Shown piece by piece: positions 1 to 9,181 of a stretch of DNA of 64,000 nucleotides. This DNA comes from Pirellulales bacterium (lineage in GTDB: Bacteria; Planctomycetota; Planctomycetia; Pirellulales; JAICIG01): contig JBBDYJ010000025.1 in the NCBI GenBank assembly GCA_040901675.1, positions 191,943 through 255,942 of the forward strand, in the 5' to 3' direction. The notes beneath the pieces were generated by a model. That model saw nothing but the letters and a program-made list of their open reading frames with translations. It made no database searches and was not told the origin of the DNA. The position numbers and the translations under genes are program-made. The number at the start of each line of letters is the position of its first letter. The first letter of the stretch is position 1.

Positions 1-121
1 CCGCCTCGGAGGGAAATCAGCCATTGTGGCCGCTCCACCCGCCGACCATTCTTCCTCCCGGCTGCGGCGGTGTTTTTTCTAAGTCCTTTGGGTCTCTTCG
101 CTTAGGTGGAAAATACTCGTA

Positions 122-149
122 TTGACTCGACTTCAGGGATGATTATAAT
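122..149 (+). promoter_or_regulatory. sigma-70-type promoter
   Basis: TTGACT-N16-TATAAT in an AT-rich patch about 280 nt upstream of the ATG at 429. Confidence 0.6.
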
Positions 150-428
150 TCCGACGCGCGGCAAACTCGGTAAGCTTGGCAGGTGCGGATGAGCTTATCG
201 AATGCATAAGGGCAGGGGGCTAAATGCTTTACGTATGCGTTGCAGTTTGCGGACACAGCGTGCTAAGGCTAAGTTCTGCTTTTTGGCGTCACACGGAGGA
301 ATAGGAGCTCCCTGCAAAACTTGCCGGCCCGCGACCTACGGATGGTCGCTTCGGGGGCCTTCAGGCGCACGGAGTCCCGCTGAAACTAGCCTGACCATCG
401 GCTAGGAAGAAGGGTGGTTTAGCGAAAC

Positions 429-1010
429 ATGAAAACTGTGTTCACTACAGGTGAAGCGGCCAAGATCTGCAAGGTAAGCCAGCAGACGATCATTCGCTGT
501 TTTGATTCGGGGCAGCTCAAGGGGTTCCGCGTGCCGGGCAGCCGGTTCCGGCGAATCCCTCGCGAGCAACTGTTCCACTTCATGCGCGACAACGGCATCC
601 CGACCGATGCCCTGGAGAGCGGCAAGCGCAAGGTCCTCATCGTCGACGACGACGAAGAGCTGGTCGAGTTGATCTCCGACGTGCTGGAACGCGACGGACG
701 CTTCGAGGTCCGCAGCGCCAACAACGGCTTCGACGCGGGCATGATGGTCAAGGACTATCGCCCCGATCTCATCGTGCTCGACGTCATGCTGCCCGACATC
801 AACGGCAAGGAAGTTTGCCAGCGCGTCCGCAGCGACAGCAACATGGACGAAGTCCGCATCATCTGCATCTCCGGCATGGTCGAAGAGGACAAGATCGAAG
901 ATCTCAAGGCTTCCGGGGCCAACGATTTCATGCACAAGCCGTTTGAGGTCGAGGCCCTGGTCGAGCGGATGTGCCAGTTGCTGGACATCGAAACGGTTAC
1001 CGCGCGGTAG
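429..1010 (+). CDS. response regulator with N-terminal excisionase/MerR-like HTH and C-terminal receiver domain
   Basis: FTTGEAAKICKVSQQTIIR HTH; VLIVDDD, LDVMLPD phospho-Asp and KPF receiver motifs. Confidence 0.9.
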   Translation: MKTVFTTGEAAKICKVSQQTIIRCFDSGQLKGFRVPGSRFRRIPREQLFHFMRDNGIPTDALESGKRKVLIVDDDEELVELISDVLERDGRFEVRSANNGFDAGMMVKDYRPDLIVLDVMLPDINGKEVCQRVRSDSNMDEVRIICISGMVEEDKIEDLKASGANDFMHKPFEVEALVERMCQLLDIETVTAR

Positions 1011-1052
1011 CCGTCGCAAGCGTCTCGTTCGTCCCGACCGCCTCGAAGAGCC

Positions 1053-2609
1053 ATGATCTGGTCGCCCTGTCTGTCCTTCGGCGCCGGATGCGGGTATTTG
1101 CCCTGGTCCGATTCTGCGGCCGCCGCGGTGGCTGAGTGGTTGTTGGGCCAGGCCGCCGCGGACGGCAGACAGAGTTCCGCGGATGGCACCCAGGGCTCCG
1201 CGGACGGCGCCCAGGCCGCCGCGGACGGCACCGGGACCGCCGATTATTCCTTGGAAGCTTGCATCGCGGCCGACCCGGGCCTCGCCTGGTGGATTCACTG
1301 CCAGGCCGCCAGGACATGGGAAGGGCCGCTCACGGCCGCCCGCCTGGCCGAGTGGTTTTCGAAGCGCGCCCGTGGTCTGTTGACCTGGCAAGGCGATGGT
1401 CTGCCGGCTGCTGGACTGGAGAACCTCGTCCAGCAATGTGGCCCCTTGGCCTCAACCGCCGTGCGAACCGGCCTGCTGGCGCGCCGGCTCTTGCAACCCG
1501 AAGACTCGGTCGGCGATGAAGCCTACCTGCTGGGCCTGTTGGCCGGATCGGCCGACTGGCCCATCCTCCCCGGTACGCCGGTGGCCGAACCGCCCAGCGC
1601 CATCCAGGCAGTGCCGCTATCGACGCTGGTCGCGTTGCCCTTGGGCGAGTCTCGAGCCGCCACCGCGGCAAAGCAGGCATCGAGGATCGTGGTCGGCGGC
1701 GACGGGACAGGCGCGGCGCCCGACGACGGCATGGCGGATATCGCTGAGTCGGACGCAGCGGGCGCGCGGTGGATGGAGACGGTGGCGGGCGCCGGCCGCC
1801 TGTTGCCGCGGCTGGCCGAGCGCCTGGCCCGCTTGGATGGCCTGGAACAAGATTTCCAGCGGCAACTGGAAACGGAGAAGCTGGAGGCCATGGCCGAGCT
1901 GGCCGCCGGCGCCGGCCACGAGATCAACAACCCGCTGGCGATCATTGCCGGCCGGGCGCAACTCTTCCTGCAATCGGAGCGCGACCCCGAACGGCGGCGC
2001 GAGCTGGCCGTGATCAACGCCCAGGCCATGCGCGTCTACGAGATGATCGCCGACATGATGCTGTTCGCCCGCCCTCCGCGGCCGCGTCCCGCCGACTGCA
2101 ACCTGCCGGCCCTGATCGGCTCGGTGGTAGCCGGCCTGTCGGCCAAGGCCGAGAGCCGCCAGATCGAGCTGGCCTACGACCGCGACAGTGGCAGCGAGAT
2201 CTGCGATATTGTCATCGTCGCCGACGGCGAGCAACTTACCGTTGCCCTGCGGGCACTGTGCGAAAACGCACTGGCGGCCGTGGGCCAGGGGGGCCGGGTG
2301 GCAATCGGGGCGAGGCGGCTTGCCGAACACCAGCCCGGACGTTTGGACATCTGCCAGGCCAGTGGCAACCCGGCCATGGCCGCACACGCGCGCGTGGAGA
2401 TCACCGTCGAGGACAACGGGCCCGGCTTCGCGCCGGAGGTTCGCCGGCACGCGTTCGACCCGTTCTATTCGGGGCGCGGCGCCGGGCGGGGTTTGGGCAT
2501 GGGGCTTTCCAAGTGCTGGCGAATCGTCCGCAACCATGGCGGCCGCATCGCCATCGAGAGCCAGCCGGGCCGCGGCGCCTGCCTGATCGTCGAGCTGCCG
2601 GTCTGCTAG
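1053..2609 (+). CDS. sensor histidine kinase with degenerate HDOD-like N-terminus
   Basis: H-box AGHEINNPL, G boxes DNGPG, FDPFY and GLGMGL; N-terminal DPGLA and AYLLGLL recall HDOD. Confidence 0.85.
   Translation: MIWSPCLSFGAGCGYLPWSDSAAAAVAEWLLGQAAADGRQSSADGTQGSADGAQAAADGTGTADYSLEACIAADPGLAWWIHCQAARTWEGPLTAARLAEWFSKRARGLLTWQGDGLPAAGLENLVQQCGPLASTAVRTGLLARRLLQPEDSVGDEAYLLGLLAGSADWPILPGTPVAEPPSAIQAVPLSTLVALPLGESRAATAAKQASRIVVGGDGTGAAPDDGMADIAESDAAGARWMETVAGAGRLLPRLAERLARLDGLEQDFQRQLETEKLEAMAELAAGAGHEINNPLAIIAGRAQLFLQSERDPERRRELAVINAQAMRVYEMIADMMLFARPPRPRPADCNLPALIGSVVAGLSAKAESRQIELAYDRDSGSEICDIVIVADGEQLTVALRALCENALAAVGQGGRVAIGARRLAEHQPGRLDICQASGNPAMAAHARVEITVEDNGPGFAPEVRRHAFDPFYSGRGAGRGLGMGLSKCWRIVRNHGGRIAIESQPGRGACLIVELPVC
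1152..1242 (+). repeat. degenerate in-frame 21-bp tandem repeat (xADGxQx)
   Basis: CCGCGGA(C/T)GGC recurs at 21-bp spacing; peptide AADGRQSSADGTQGSADGAQAAADGTG. Confidence 0.7.
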
Positions 2610-2728
2610 CTAGCACGGCGCGGGCCAATCGACCTGGACAACCGGGCGGGGTTTGAGTAACTTTCGCCCCTCTTCTCTTCTACCCAATAACTGCGTCGTG
2701 TCCGACTCGTCCGCACGTGGAGATACGG

Positions 2729-4828
2729 ATGCCTCCTGGTGCTGCGCCCGGAGCCGGCCGCGGGGCCAACCTCGCGCGCTGGAGAGACCTGATCCTGCCG
2801 GTGGGCATGATCGCCAGCGTGCTGGTGATCATGGTCCCTCTGCCGGCGGCGCTGTTGGACATCCTGCTGGCCTCCAATATCACCATCGCCGTCATCGTGC
2901 TGCTGACCACCGTCTACGTGCGCACTCCCCTGGAATTCAGCATCTTCCCCTCGCTGTTGCTGGCCACCACGCTGGCCCGCCTGGTGCTCAACGTGGCCAC
3001 CACGCGCTTGATCCTGACGCGGGGCGGCGCCGAAGGGCTCGACGCCGCCGGAGGCGTGGTGCGCAGCTTCGGCGAGTTCGTGGCCGGCGACAAGCTGGTC
3101 GTCGGCCTGGTCATCTTCTCGATCATCGTGCTCATCCAGTTCGTCGTCGTGACCAAGGGCGCCACGCGCATCAGCGAAGTGGCCGCCCGCTTCGCCTTGG
3201 ACGGCATGCCGGGCCGACAGATGGCCATCGACGCCGACCTGAACGCCGGAATGATCGACGAGCGCGAGGCCCAGCGCCGCCGCCAGGAAATCACCCAGCA
3301 GGCCGACTTCTTCGGCGCCATGGACGGGGCCAGCAAATTCGTCCGCGGCGACGCCATCGCCGGCATCGTGATCACGCTGATCAACATCGTCGGCGGCCTG
3401 TTCATCGGCATGATCGAAGACGGCATGGATCTGGCCCAGGCCGCCTCGGTGTTCACCAAGCTGACGATCGGCGACGGCCTGGTCAGCCAGGTGCCGGCAT
3501 TCTTGATTTCGTTGGCGGCCGGTTTGCTGGTCACGCGCAGCACGGCCGACGTGAACCTGCCAGCGGAGTTTTTGTCGCAGCTTTTTTCGCGGCCGCAGGC
3601 TCTGGCCGTCACCGGCGCTTTTCTTGGCATCCTGGTCTTCACCAACCTGCCCACGGTGCCGCTGTTGTTGATTGGCGGCGGCTGCCTGGGGTTTGCCGGC
3701 ACGCTTTCCCGCCGCCAGCGCGACGGCCGCGACGCCGCCCAAGCGCTGGCCAAAGCGGCCGAACGCAAACCGCCGGACGAGCGCATCGAGAACTACCTGG
3801 CCGTCGACCCGATGGAAATCGAGATCGGCGTTGGGCTGATCCGGCTGGCCGATCCGAAACGGGGGGGCGACCTGTTGGACCGCGTGCAGCGGGTCCGGCA
3901 AGACATGGCGGCCGACATCGGCATCCTGATGCCCAAGGTGCGGATCCGCGACAACGTGCGGCTGGGCCAGAACGGCTACCGGATCAAGGTGGCCGACGCC
4001 GCCGTGGCCGAGGGCACGCTCTACCCGTCGAGGCTGCTGGCCATCGACTCAGGCCTGGCCAGCGGCAAGCCGGCCGGCGTCGCCACCCGCGAGCCCGCCT
4101 CCGGCAGCGCGGCGATCTGGATCGAAGCCTCCCAGCGCGAGCAGGCCGCGTCGATGGGCTACACCGTGGTCGAGCCGATCGGCGTGCTGGCCAGGCACCT
4201 GACCGAAGTGGTCCGGCGCCACGCCGACGAGATCCTGACCCGCGACGCCACCAAGCACCTCGTCGACGAGCTGAAGCAGACGGCGCCGGCCGTGGTCGAC
4301 GAGCTGGTGCCCGGCCAGATGAAGCTGGCCGAGGTGCAGCAAATCCTGCAGGCGCTGCTGCGCGAAGGCGTATCGATCCGGCAGCTCGCGCCGATCCTCG
4401 AAACGCTGGGCGACTATGCACCGCGAACCAAGGACCCGGTGCTGTTGACCGAGTACGTGCGCCACCGGCTGGCCCGGACGATCTGCTCGCGTTACCGCGA
4501 CGCGAACAACCGCCTGCACGTGGTCACGCTCGACCCCGCGCTGGAGGACCGCATCCGCGCCGGATTCGAGCACAACGAGCAAGGGCTCTTCATTCGCATG
4601 TCGCCCCAGGCGGTCGAAGCCACCTCCCGCGCCTTGACCCAGGAGATCGAAAAGCTGGCTGCGGCCGGCCGGCCGCCGGTGGTGCTGGTCAGCCCGCAGA
4701 TCCGCGCCGCGCTCAAACAGATGACCGCGCCGCACCTGCCTCAGTTGGCCGTGCTGAGCTACAACGAGATCAGTCGAGACACGCAGATCGAGTCGGTCGG
4801 CCTGGTCGCCGACGCCGTGCCGGCATGA
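2729..4828 (+). CDS. flhA: flagellar export gate protein FlhA
   Basis: EVAARFALDGMPGRQMAIDADL and FFGAMDGASKFVRGDAIAG FHIPEP signatures; ATG 2729 follows GGAG (GTG 2717 is an alternative start). Confidence 0.95.
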   Translation: MPPGAAPGAGRGANLARWRDLILPVGMIASVLVIMVPLPAALLDILLASNITIAVIVLLTTVYVRTPLEFSIFPSLLLATTLARLVLNVATTRLILTRGGAEGLDAAGGVVRSFGEFVAGDKLVVGLVIFSIIVLIQFVVVTKGATRISEVAARFALDGMPGRQMAIDADLNAGMIDEREAQRRRQEITQQADFFGAMDGASKFVRGDAIAGIVITLINIVGGLFIGMIEDGMDLAQAASVFTKLTIGDGLVSQVPAFLISLAAGLLVTRSTADVNLPAEFLSQLFSRPQALAVTGAFLGILVFTNLPTVPLLLIGGGCLGFAGTLSRRQRDGRDAAQALAKAAERKPPDERIENYLAVDPMEIEIGVGLIRLADPKRGGDLLDRVQRVRQDMAADIGILMPKVRIRDNVRLGQNGYRIKVADAAVAEGTLYPSRLLAIDSGLASGKPAGVATREPASGSAAIWIEASQREQAASMGYTVVEPIGVLARHLTEVVRRHADEILTRDATKHLVDELKQTAPAVVDELVPGQMKLAEVQQILQALLREGVSIRQLAPILETLGDYAPRTKDPVLLTEYVRHRLARTICSRYRDANNRLHVVTLDPALEDRIRAGFEHNEQGLFIRMSPQAVEATSRALTQEIEKLAAAGRPPVVLVSPQIRAALKQMTAPHLPQLAVLSYNEISRDTQIESVGLVADAVPA

Positions 4829-4842
4829 GGTAGGAAAGACCA

Positions 4843-4868
4843 CAAGGGGACAAGGGGACAAGGGGACA
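4843..4868 (+). repeat. 9-bp tandem repeat (CAAGGGGA-type) x3
   Basis: acaaggggacaaggggacaaggggaca between flhA and flhF. Confidence 0.75.
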
Positions 4869-4877
4869 GACGAAGTC

Positions 4878-4911
4878 TGGGGCACGCTACCGCTTTGCCG
4901 CCAGGCACCCC
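4878..4911 (-). repeat. palindromic repeat family A, reverse copy
   Basis: CTGGGGCACGCTACCGCTTTGCCGCCAGGCACCC is the reverse complement of a near-identical unit at 36957, 37043, 52313 and 55887. Confidence 0.8.
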
Positions 4912-5051
4912 GAGGGAAGGCAGAAGGAGGAAGGATGAAGGCAGAATAGGAACACGGAGGACGAGGACTGGGGGCACGCTGCCGACGGCTGAACGCTACG
5001 GCTGACGACTGAAACGCGAGAACCGAAAACTCAAAGGCGGAAAGCATTGCC

Positions 5052-6230
5052 ATGGATGTACGAACGTATCGCGCGGCGAGCATGCAAGAGGCCCTGGCCC
5101 TGGTCCGCCGCGAGCTGGGATCGGCGGCGGCCGTGTTGCACACCCGCGAAGTTCGGCGCCGGCGGCTGCTGGGGCTGCTTCCGGGCCGGCGGCTGATCGA
5201 AGTCACGGCTTCGGCCGAGGTCAACGTGCCCAGCCGGCTCGCGCCGCGGCAGCCCCAACCGACCGGGCTCCAAGTGCCCAACGGCGTGGACGCGGTGCCC
5301 CCCGTCGCCGGGCGGCACGACTGGGAAGCCCGCAATACTTTCCGCGACGCGGTCACGGGGCAGCTCACCGAGCTGCACTCGCTGGTCGAGGATCTCTGCC
5401 GGCGCAGCCGCGGTTCCGCGCAGCATGAGTGGCCCGAGGCGTTGTTCCGGCTCTACACCGACCTGATCGATGCCGAGGTGGCCGAGGAGCTGGCTCGCGA
5501 ACTGGTCGAGCGGGTGCGGACCGATGCACCGGGCACCGAGCTGGACGACCTGGTCTTGATCAAGGCCCGCATCGCACGCCTCATCGAGGACGAAATCGCC
5601 GTCGCCGGCCCCATTCGTTGCACGCCGGGGCAGCGCCGCCTGGTCGCCCTGGTCGGGCCCACCGGCGTCGGCAAGACCACCACGATTGCCAAGCTGGCCG
5701 CCAACTACCGCCTCCGCGAGCGACTCCGCGTGGGCCTGATCACCGTCGACACCTACCGCATTGCCGCCGTCGAGCAACTGAGGACCTACGCCGACATCAT
5801 CGATCTGCCGATGAAGGTCGTCTCGACGCCCCGCGAAATGCGGCAAGCGGTCGAGACGATGGCCGGCCTCGACCTGGTGCTCTTGGATACGGCCGGCCGC
5901 AGCCCCAAGGACGAGGTCAAGCTGCAGGAGCTCAAGGCATTTCTGACCGAGGCAGCCGCCGACGAGGTGCACCTGGTCCTCAGCAGCGTGGCCGGCGCCG
6001 GCGCGCTGGAGCGCACCGCCGCCCGCTTCGCTTCCGTGGGCACCACTGCCCTGGTGCTCACTAAGCTCGACGAAGCGACCGGCCTGGGCAACCTGCTTCC
6101 ACTGCTGCGGTCCAGCAAGCTTCCCTTGAGCTACCTCACCGATGGGCAGAACGTGCCCGACGACATTGCCGCCGCCGACCCGCACCGCCTGGCACGGATC
6201 GTTCTGGGCATGGAAGGCGGAGCCGCTTGA
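5052..6230 (+). CDS. flhF: flagellar SRP-like GTPase FlhF
   Basis: GPTGVGKTTTIAKLAA, DTYRIAAVEQL, DTAGRS, TKLDE, GQNVPDD. Confidence 0.95.
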   Translation: MDVRTYRAASMQEALALVRRELGSAAAVLHTREVRRRRLLGLLPGRRLIEVTASAEVNVPSRLAPRQPQPTGLQVPNGVDAVPPVAGRHDWEARNTFRDAVTGQLTELHSLVEDLCRRSRGSAQHEWPEALFRLYTDLIDAEVAEELARELVERVRTDAPGTELDDLVLIKARIARLIEDEIAVAGPIRCTPGQRRLVALVGPTGVGKTTTIAKLAANYRLRERLRVGLITVDTYRIAAVEQLRTYADIIDLPMKVVSTPREMRQAVETMAGLDLVLLDTAGRSPKDEVKLQELKAFLTEAAADEVHLVLSSVAGAGALERTAARFASVGTTALVLTKLDEATGLGNLLPLLRSSKLPLSYLTDGQNVPDDIAAADPHRLARIVLGMEGGAA

Positions 6231-7126
6231 TGTCCGACCAGGCCAACCGGCTGCGGCAACTGATGCGCCAGGCGGCCCAAAGCCCCTGCACCCGCCCCTA
6301 CAGCGCAGCGCCTATGCCCCGGCTGCTGGCGATTGCAGGCGCCAAGGGGGGCGTGGGAGCCACCACCGTTGCCGTCAACCTGGCCGTCGCCCTGGCCAAT
6401 CGTGGCCGCCGCACTGTTTTGGTCGATGCCAATCTCGAGCGGCCGGACACGGCTCTCTTGTGTCGCTTGGGCGAGACAGGCTCGCTGGCCGACGTGCTGT
6501 CCGGTCGCCAATCGCTCAACGAGGCCCTGGTTCGAGGTCCGCAAGGCATCCTGGTCCTGTGCGGCGCCTGGGCCGCCGGCAGCCTCCGGCAATCGTCGCC
6601 GGCGGTTGCGGAGCGATTGCTCGACGGGCTGGCGGCCATGACCCCGCCGGCCGACGACATCGTCATCGACGTGGGCAGTGCCATCGACCGGGCGGCAGGC
6701 CGCTACTGGCAGGCTGCCGACCAGGTCTTGCTGGTCACCACGCCCGAGCCAATGGCGCTGATGGACGCCTACGCAGCCATCAAGGCGCTGCGGCCGGGCG
6801 GGGGCCCCGCCATCCAACTGCTGATCAACCAGGCGGCCGACAGGCAGGCGGCCGGCCAGGCATACGCACGGCTGGCTCGTGCCTGCCGCCGCTTTCTCGG
6901 CATGGCGGCCGGCTCGGCCGGCTGGCTGCCGTTGGATTCAACGGTGGCCAGTGCGGCGCGCGGCTGCCGTCCCTTTGTAATCGAGTATCCCCGGGCGCCG
7001 GCGGCACGCGCGCTGGCACGCCTGGCCGAGTCCTTACCCGGCCCTGCACGGAGAATTGAAGAAAACCCCATAATCCACTCAACTCGCGGGGGTCTTGCGA
7101 CCGATATCAAGACCTACTGTCGGTAG
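6230..7126 (+). CDS. flhG: MinD-like flagellar number regulator FlhG/FleN with atypical P-loop
   Basis: MSDQANRLRQL N-terminal helix, GAKGGVGATT, VTTPEP..DAYAAIK; lies between flhF and fliA with a TGATG overlap. Confidence 0.8.
   Translation: MSDQANRLRQLMRQAAQSPCTRPYSAAPMPRLLAIAGAKGGVGATTVAVNLAVALANRGRRTVLVDANLERPDTALLCRLGETGSLADVLSGRQSLNEALVRGPQGILVLCGAWAAGSLRQSSPAVAERLLDGLAAMTPPADDIVIDVGSAIDRAAGRYWQAADQVLLVTTPEPMALMDAYAAIKALRPGGGPAIQLLINQAADRQAAGQAYARLARACRRFLGMAAGSAGWLPLDSTVASAARGCRPFVIEYPRAPAARALARLAESLPGPARRIEENPIIHSTRGGLATDIKTYCR
7072..7107 (+). promoter_or_regulatory. sigma-28-like promoter candidate upstream of fliA
   Basis: AATCCACTCAAC-N16-ACCGATAT; the same 12-mer and spacing occur at 20752. 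Confidence 0.6.
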
Positions 7127-7295
7127 CGAACCGACCGTTAACTTGTACCGATTCGGCAAGCACTGACGGCGGGGAGAACCATCGTGCGGCCGGCTGGGGC
7201 CTGGTCTCCGGCCGGGCAGCTACCACGCTCGCAGGCAAGGCTGCCGCGCGGCTGGTCGCTGTGGATCGCTTGCTTGGGCAATCACGGAGGAATGC

Positions 7296-8078
7296 ATGGC
7301 AACAACGGTCGCTCCCGAGGACGTCGCTCAACTCTGGGGGGCCTTCAAGGCGGACATGTCGAACCAGCAGCTCCGCAACCGGCTGGTCGAGCTGTATCTG
7401 CCGCTGGTCAAGTATAACGGTGAACGGATCTGGTCGCGGCTGCCCGAAGGGGTCGAGCTGGACGACCTGATCAGCGCCGGCGTGTTCGGGCTGATGGACG
7501 CAATCGACGCCTTTGACCTGTCGCGGGGCGTCAAGTTCGAGACCTATTGCGTCCCCCGCATCCGCGGCGCGATGCTCGACGAGCTGCGGACCATGGACTG
7601 GGTGCCCCGGCTGGTCCGGTCCAAGGCCAGCAAGCTCAACGAGGCCGTCAAGACCCTGGAGGCGAAGCTGGGCCGCCAGCCCACGGAAACCGAGCTCTCG
7701 CAGCAATTGGGCATCAGCGTTCCCGAGCTGGAAAAAATGATGCTCGACGCGAACGCCGTGGGCCTGATCAGCCTCAACAAGAAGTGGTACGAGACCGACA
7801 GCTACAAGGACGTGCGGGAGATCGACATCCTCGAGGACAAGAAGGGCGAGGATCCCACCCGCCGAATCCAGAAGACCGACCTGATGCGGCTGGTCACCAA
7901 GGGCTTGAACCGCAACGAGCGGTTGATCATCATTCTCTATTATTATGAAGAGCTCACCATGAAGGAGATCGGCGCCACGCTCGATCTCTCGGAAAGCCGC
8001 GTCAGCCAGATGCACAGCTCCATCGTGCAGCGGCTGCAAAGCCAGCTCGAGCGGCGCCGCCCCGAGTTCGGAACCTGA
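7296..8078 (+). CDS. fliA: RNA polymerase sigma factor FliA/WhiG (sigma-28)
   Basis: DDLISAGVFGL, RIRGAMLDELRTMDW, LTMKEIG..LSESRVSQMH; GGAGG RBS. Confidence 0.95.
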   Translation: MATTVAPEDVAQLWGAFKADMSNQQLRNRLVELYLPLVKYNGERIWSRLPEGVELDDLISAGVFGLMDAIDAFDLSRGVKFETYCVPRIRGAMLDELRTMDWVPRLVRSKASKLNEAVKTLEAKLGRQPTETELSQQLGISVPELEKMMLDANAVGLISLNKKWYETDSYKDVREIDILEDKKGEDPTRRIQKTDLMRLVTKGLNRNERLIIILYYYEELTMKEIGATLDLSESRVSQMHSSIVQRLQSQLERRRPEFGT

Positions 8079-8127
8079 CGCCATGCGGGCCCCGCGGCCG
8101 GCAGCCGCGCCGGCCCAGGCCGCCGCA

Positions 8128-9102
8128 ATGAGAATTGTCCTTTGCTATCCCGTCGAGCGCAAGCACCTCGATCGGATTGCCGCCGTGGCGCCCGCGGCCG
8201 AGCTGGTCGATGCCGGGCAGGAGCAGGTGGCACGCGAGATCCTCTCGGCCGACATCTTTTGCGGCCACGCCAAGCTGCACCCGGTCCCCTGGGACGAGGT
8301 GGTGCGGCAAGGCCGGCTGGCCTGGATCCAGTCGTCCGCGGCGGGCTTGGATCACTGCCTGGTGCCCTCGGTGGTGGCCTCGCCGATCGTCGTCACCAGC
8401 GCCTCCGGAGTGCTGGCCGACCAGGTCGCTGAACACGCGTTGGCCCTGACCACTGCCTTGTTGCGGAGCCTGCCGGTCTTCTTCCGGGCCCAGCAGGCCC
8501 GGGAATTCATCCGCCGCCCCACGCGCGACCTGCACCACAGCACCATCGGCATCGTCGGCTTTGGCGGCAACGGAAGGCGGCTGGCCGAAGTGCTCCGCGT
8601 CTTCAAGACGCGGCTGCTGGCCACCGACTTCTTCCCGGTCGATAAGCCCGAGTGGGTCGAGGCGCTCTGGCCGCCCGACCGGCTCGACGATCTGCTGGCC
8701 GCCTCGGATATCGTGATCCTGGCGGCGCCCCTGACCGAGGCGACGCGCGGCATGATCCACGCCGACTCGCTGGCCCGCATGAAACGAGGCGCCTTGTTGA
8801 TCAACGTGGCGCGGGGCGGGCTGGTGGTCGAGGCCGACCTGGTCGCCTCCCTGCGGCAGGGGCACCTGGGCGGCGCGGGCCTGGACGTCACCGAGCAGGA
8901 GCCGCTGCCGGCCGGCAGTCCCTTGTGGGACATGCCGCAGGTGATCATCACGCCGCACGTCGGCGGGCAGAGCGCCCGCCGCATCGACGACATGACCGAG
9001 CTGTTCTGCGAGAACCTCAAGCGCTGGCTGGGCGGAATGCCTCTGTTGAACGAAGTCGATAAGCAGCTTGGCTTTCCGGCGCGAGGCCCAAGACCGCACT
9101 AG
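8128..9102 (+). CDS. D-2-hydroxyacid dehydrogenase
   Basis: GIVGFGGNG, INVARG, LDVTEQEPL, ITPHVGG; ATG 8083 is an alternative start. Confidence 0.9.
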   Translation: MRIVLCYPVERKHLDRIAAVAPAAELVDAGQEQVAREILSADIFCGHAKLHPVPWDEVVRQGRLAWIQSSAAGLDHCLVPSVVASPIVVTSASGVLADQVAEHALALTTALLRSLPVFFRAQQAREFIRRPTRDLHHSTIGIVGFGGNGRRLAEVLRVFKTRLLATDFFPVDKPEWVEALWPPDRLDDLLAASDIVILAAPLTEATRGMIHADSLARMKRGALLINVARGGLVVEADLVASLRQGHLGGAGLDVTEQEPLPAGSPLWDMPQVIITPHVGGQSARRIDDMTELFCENLKRWLGGMPLLNEVDKQLGFPARGPRPH

Positions 9103-9181
9103 ACGCCGTCGCGCCCACCCGCCTAAGATACGGCGGGCCTCGGCTGCGAGGCTCCGGACTTGTGGCAGAGGCTCGATTCAG

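Noticed and set aside
300..405. c-di-GMP-I riboswitch
   Set aside because: GCAAA and CTACGG..ATGG resemble parts of it, but the GNRA-capped first stem and overall layout are missing
2729..4828. Injectisome SctV
   Set aside because: Context with flhF, flhG and fliA identifies it as flagellar FlhA
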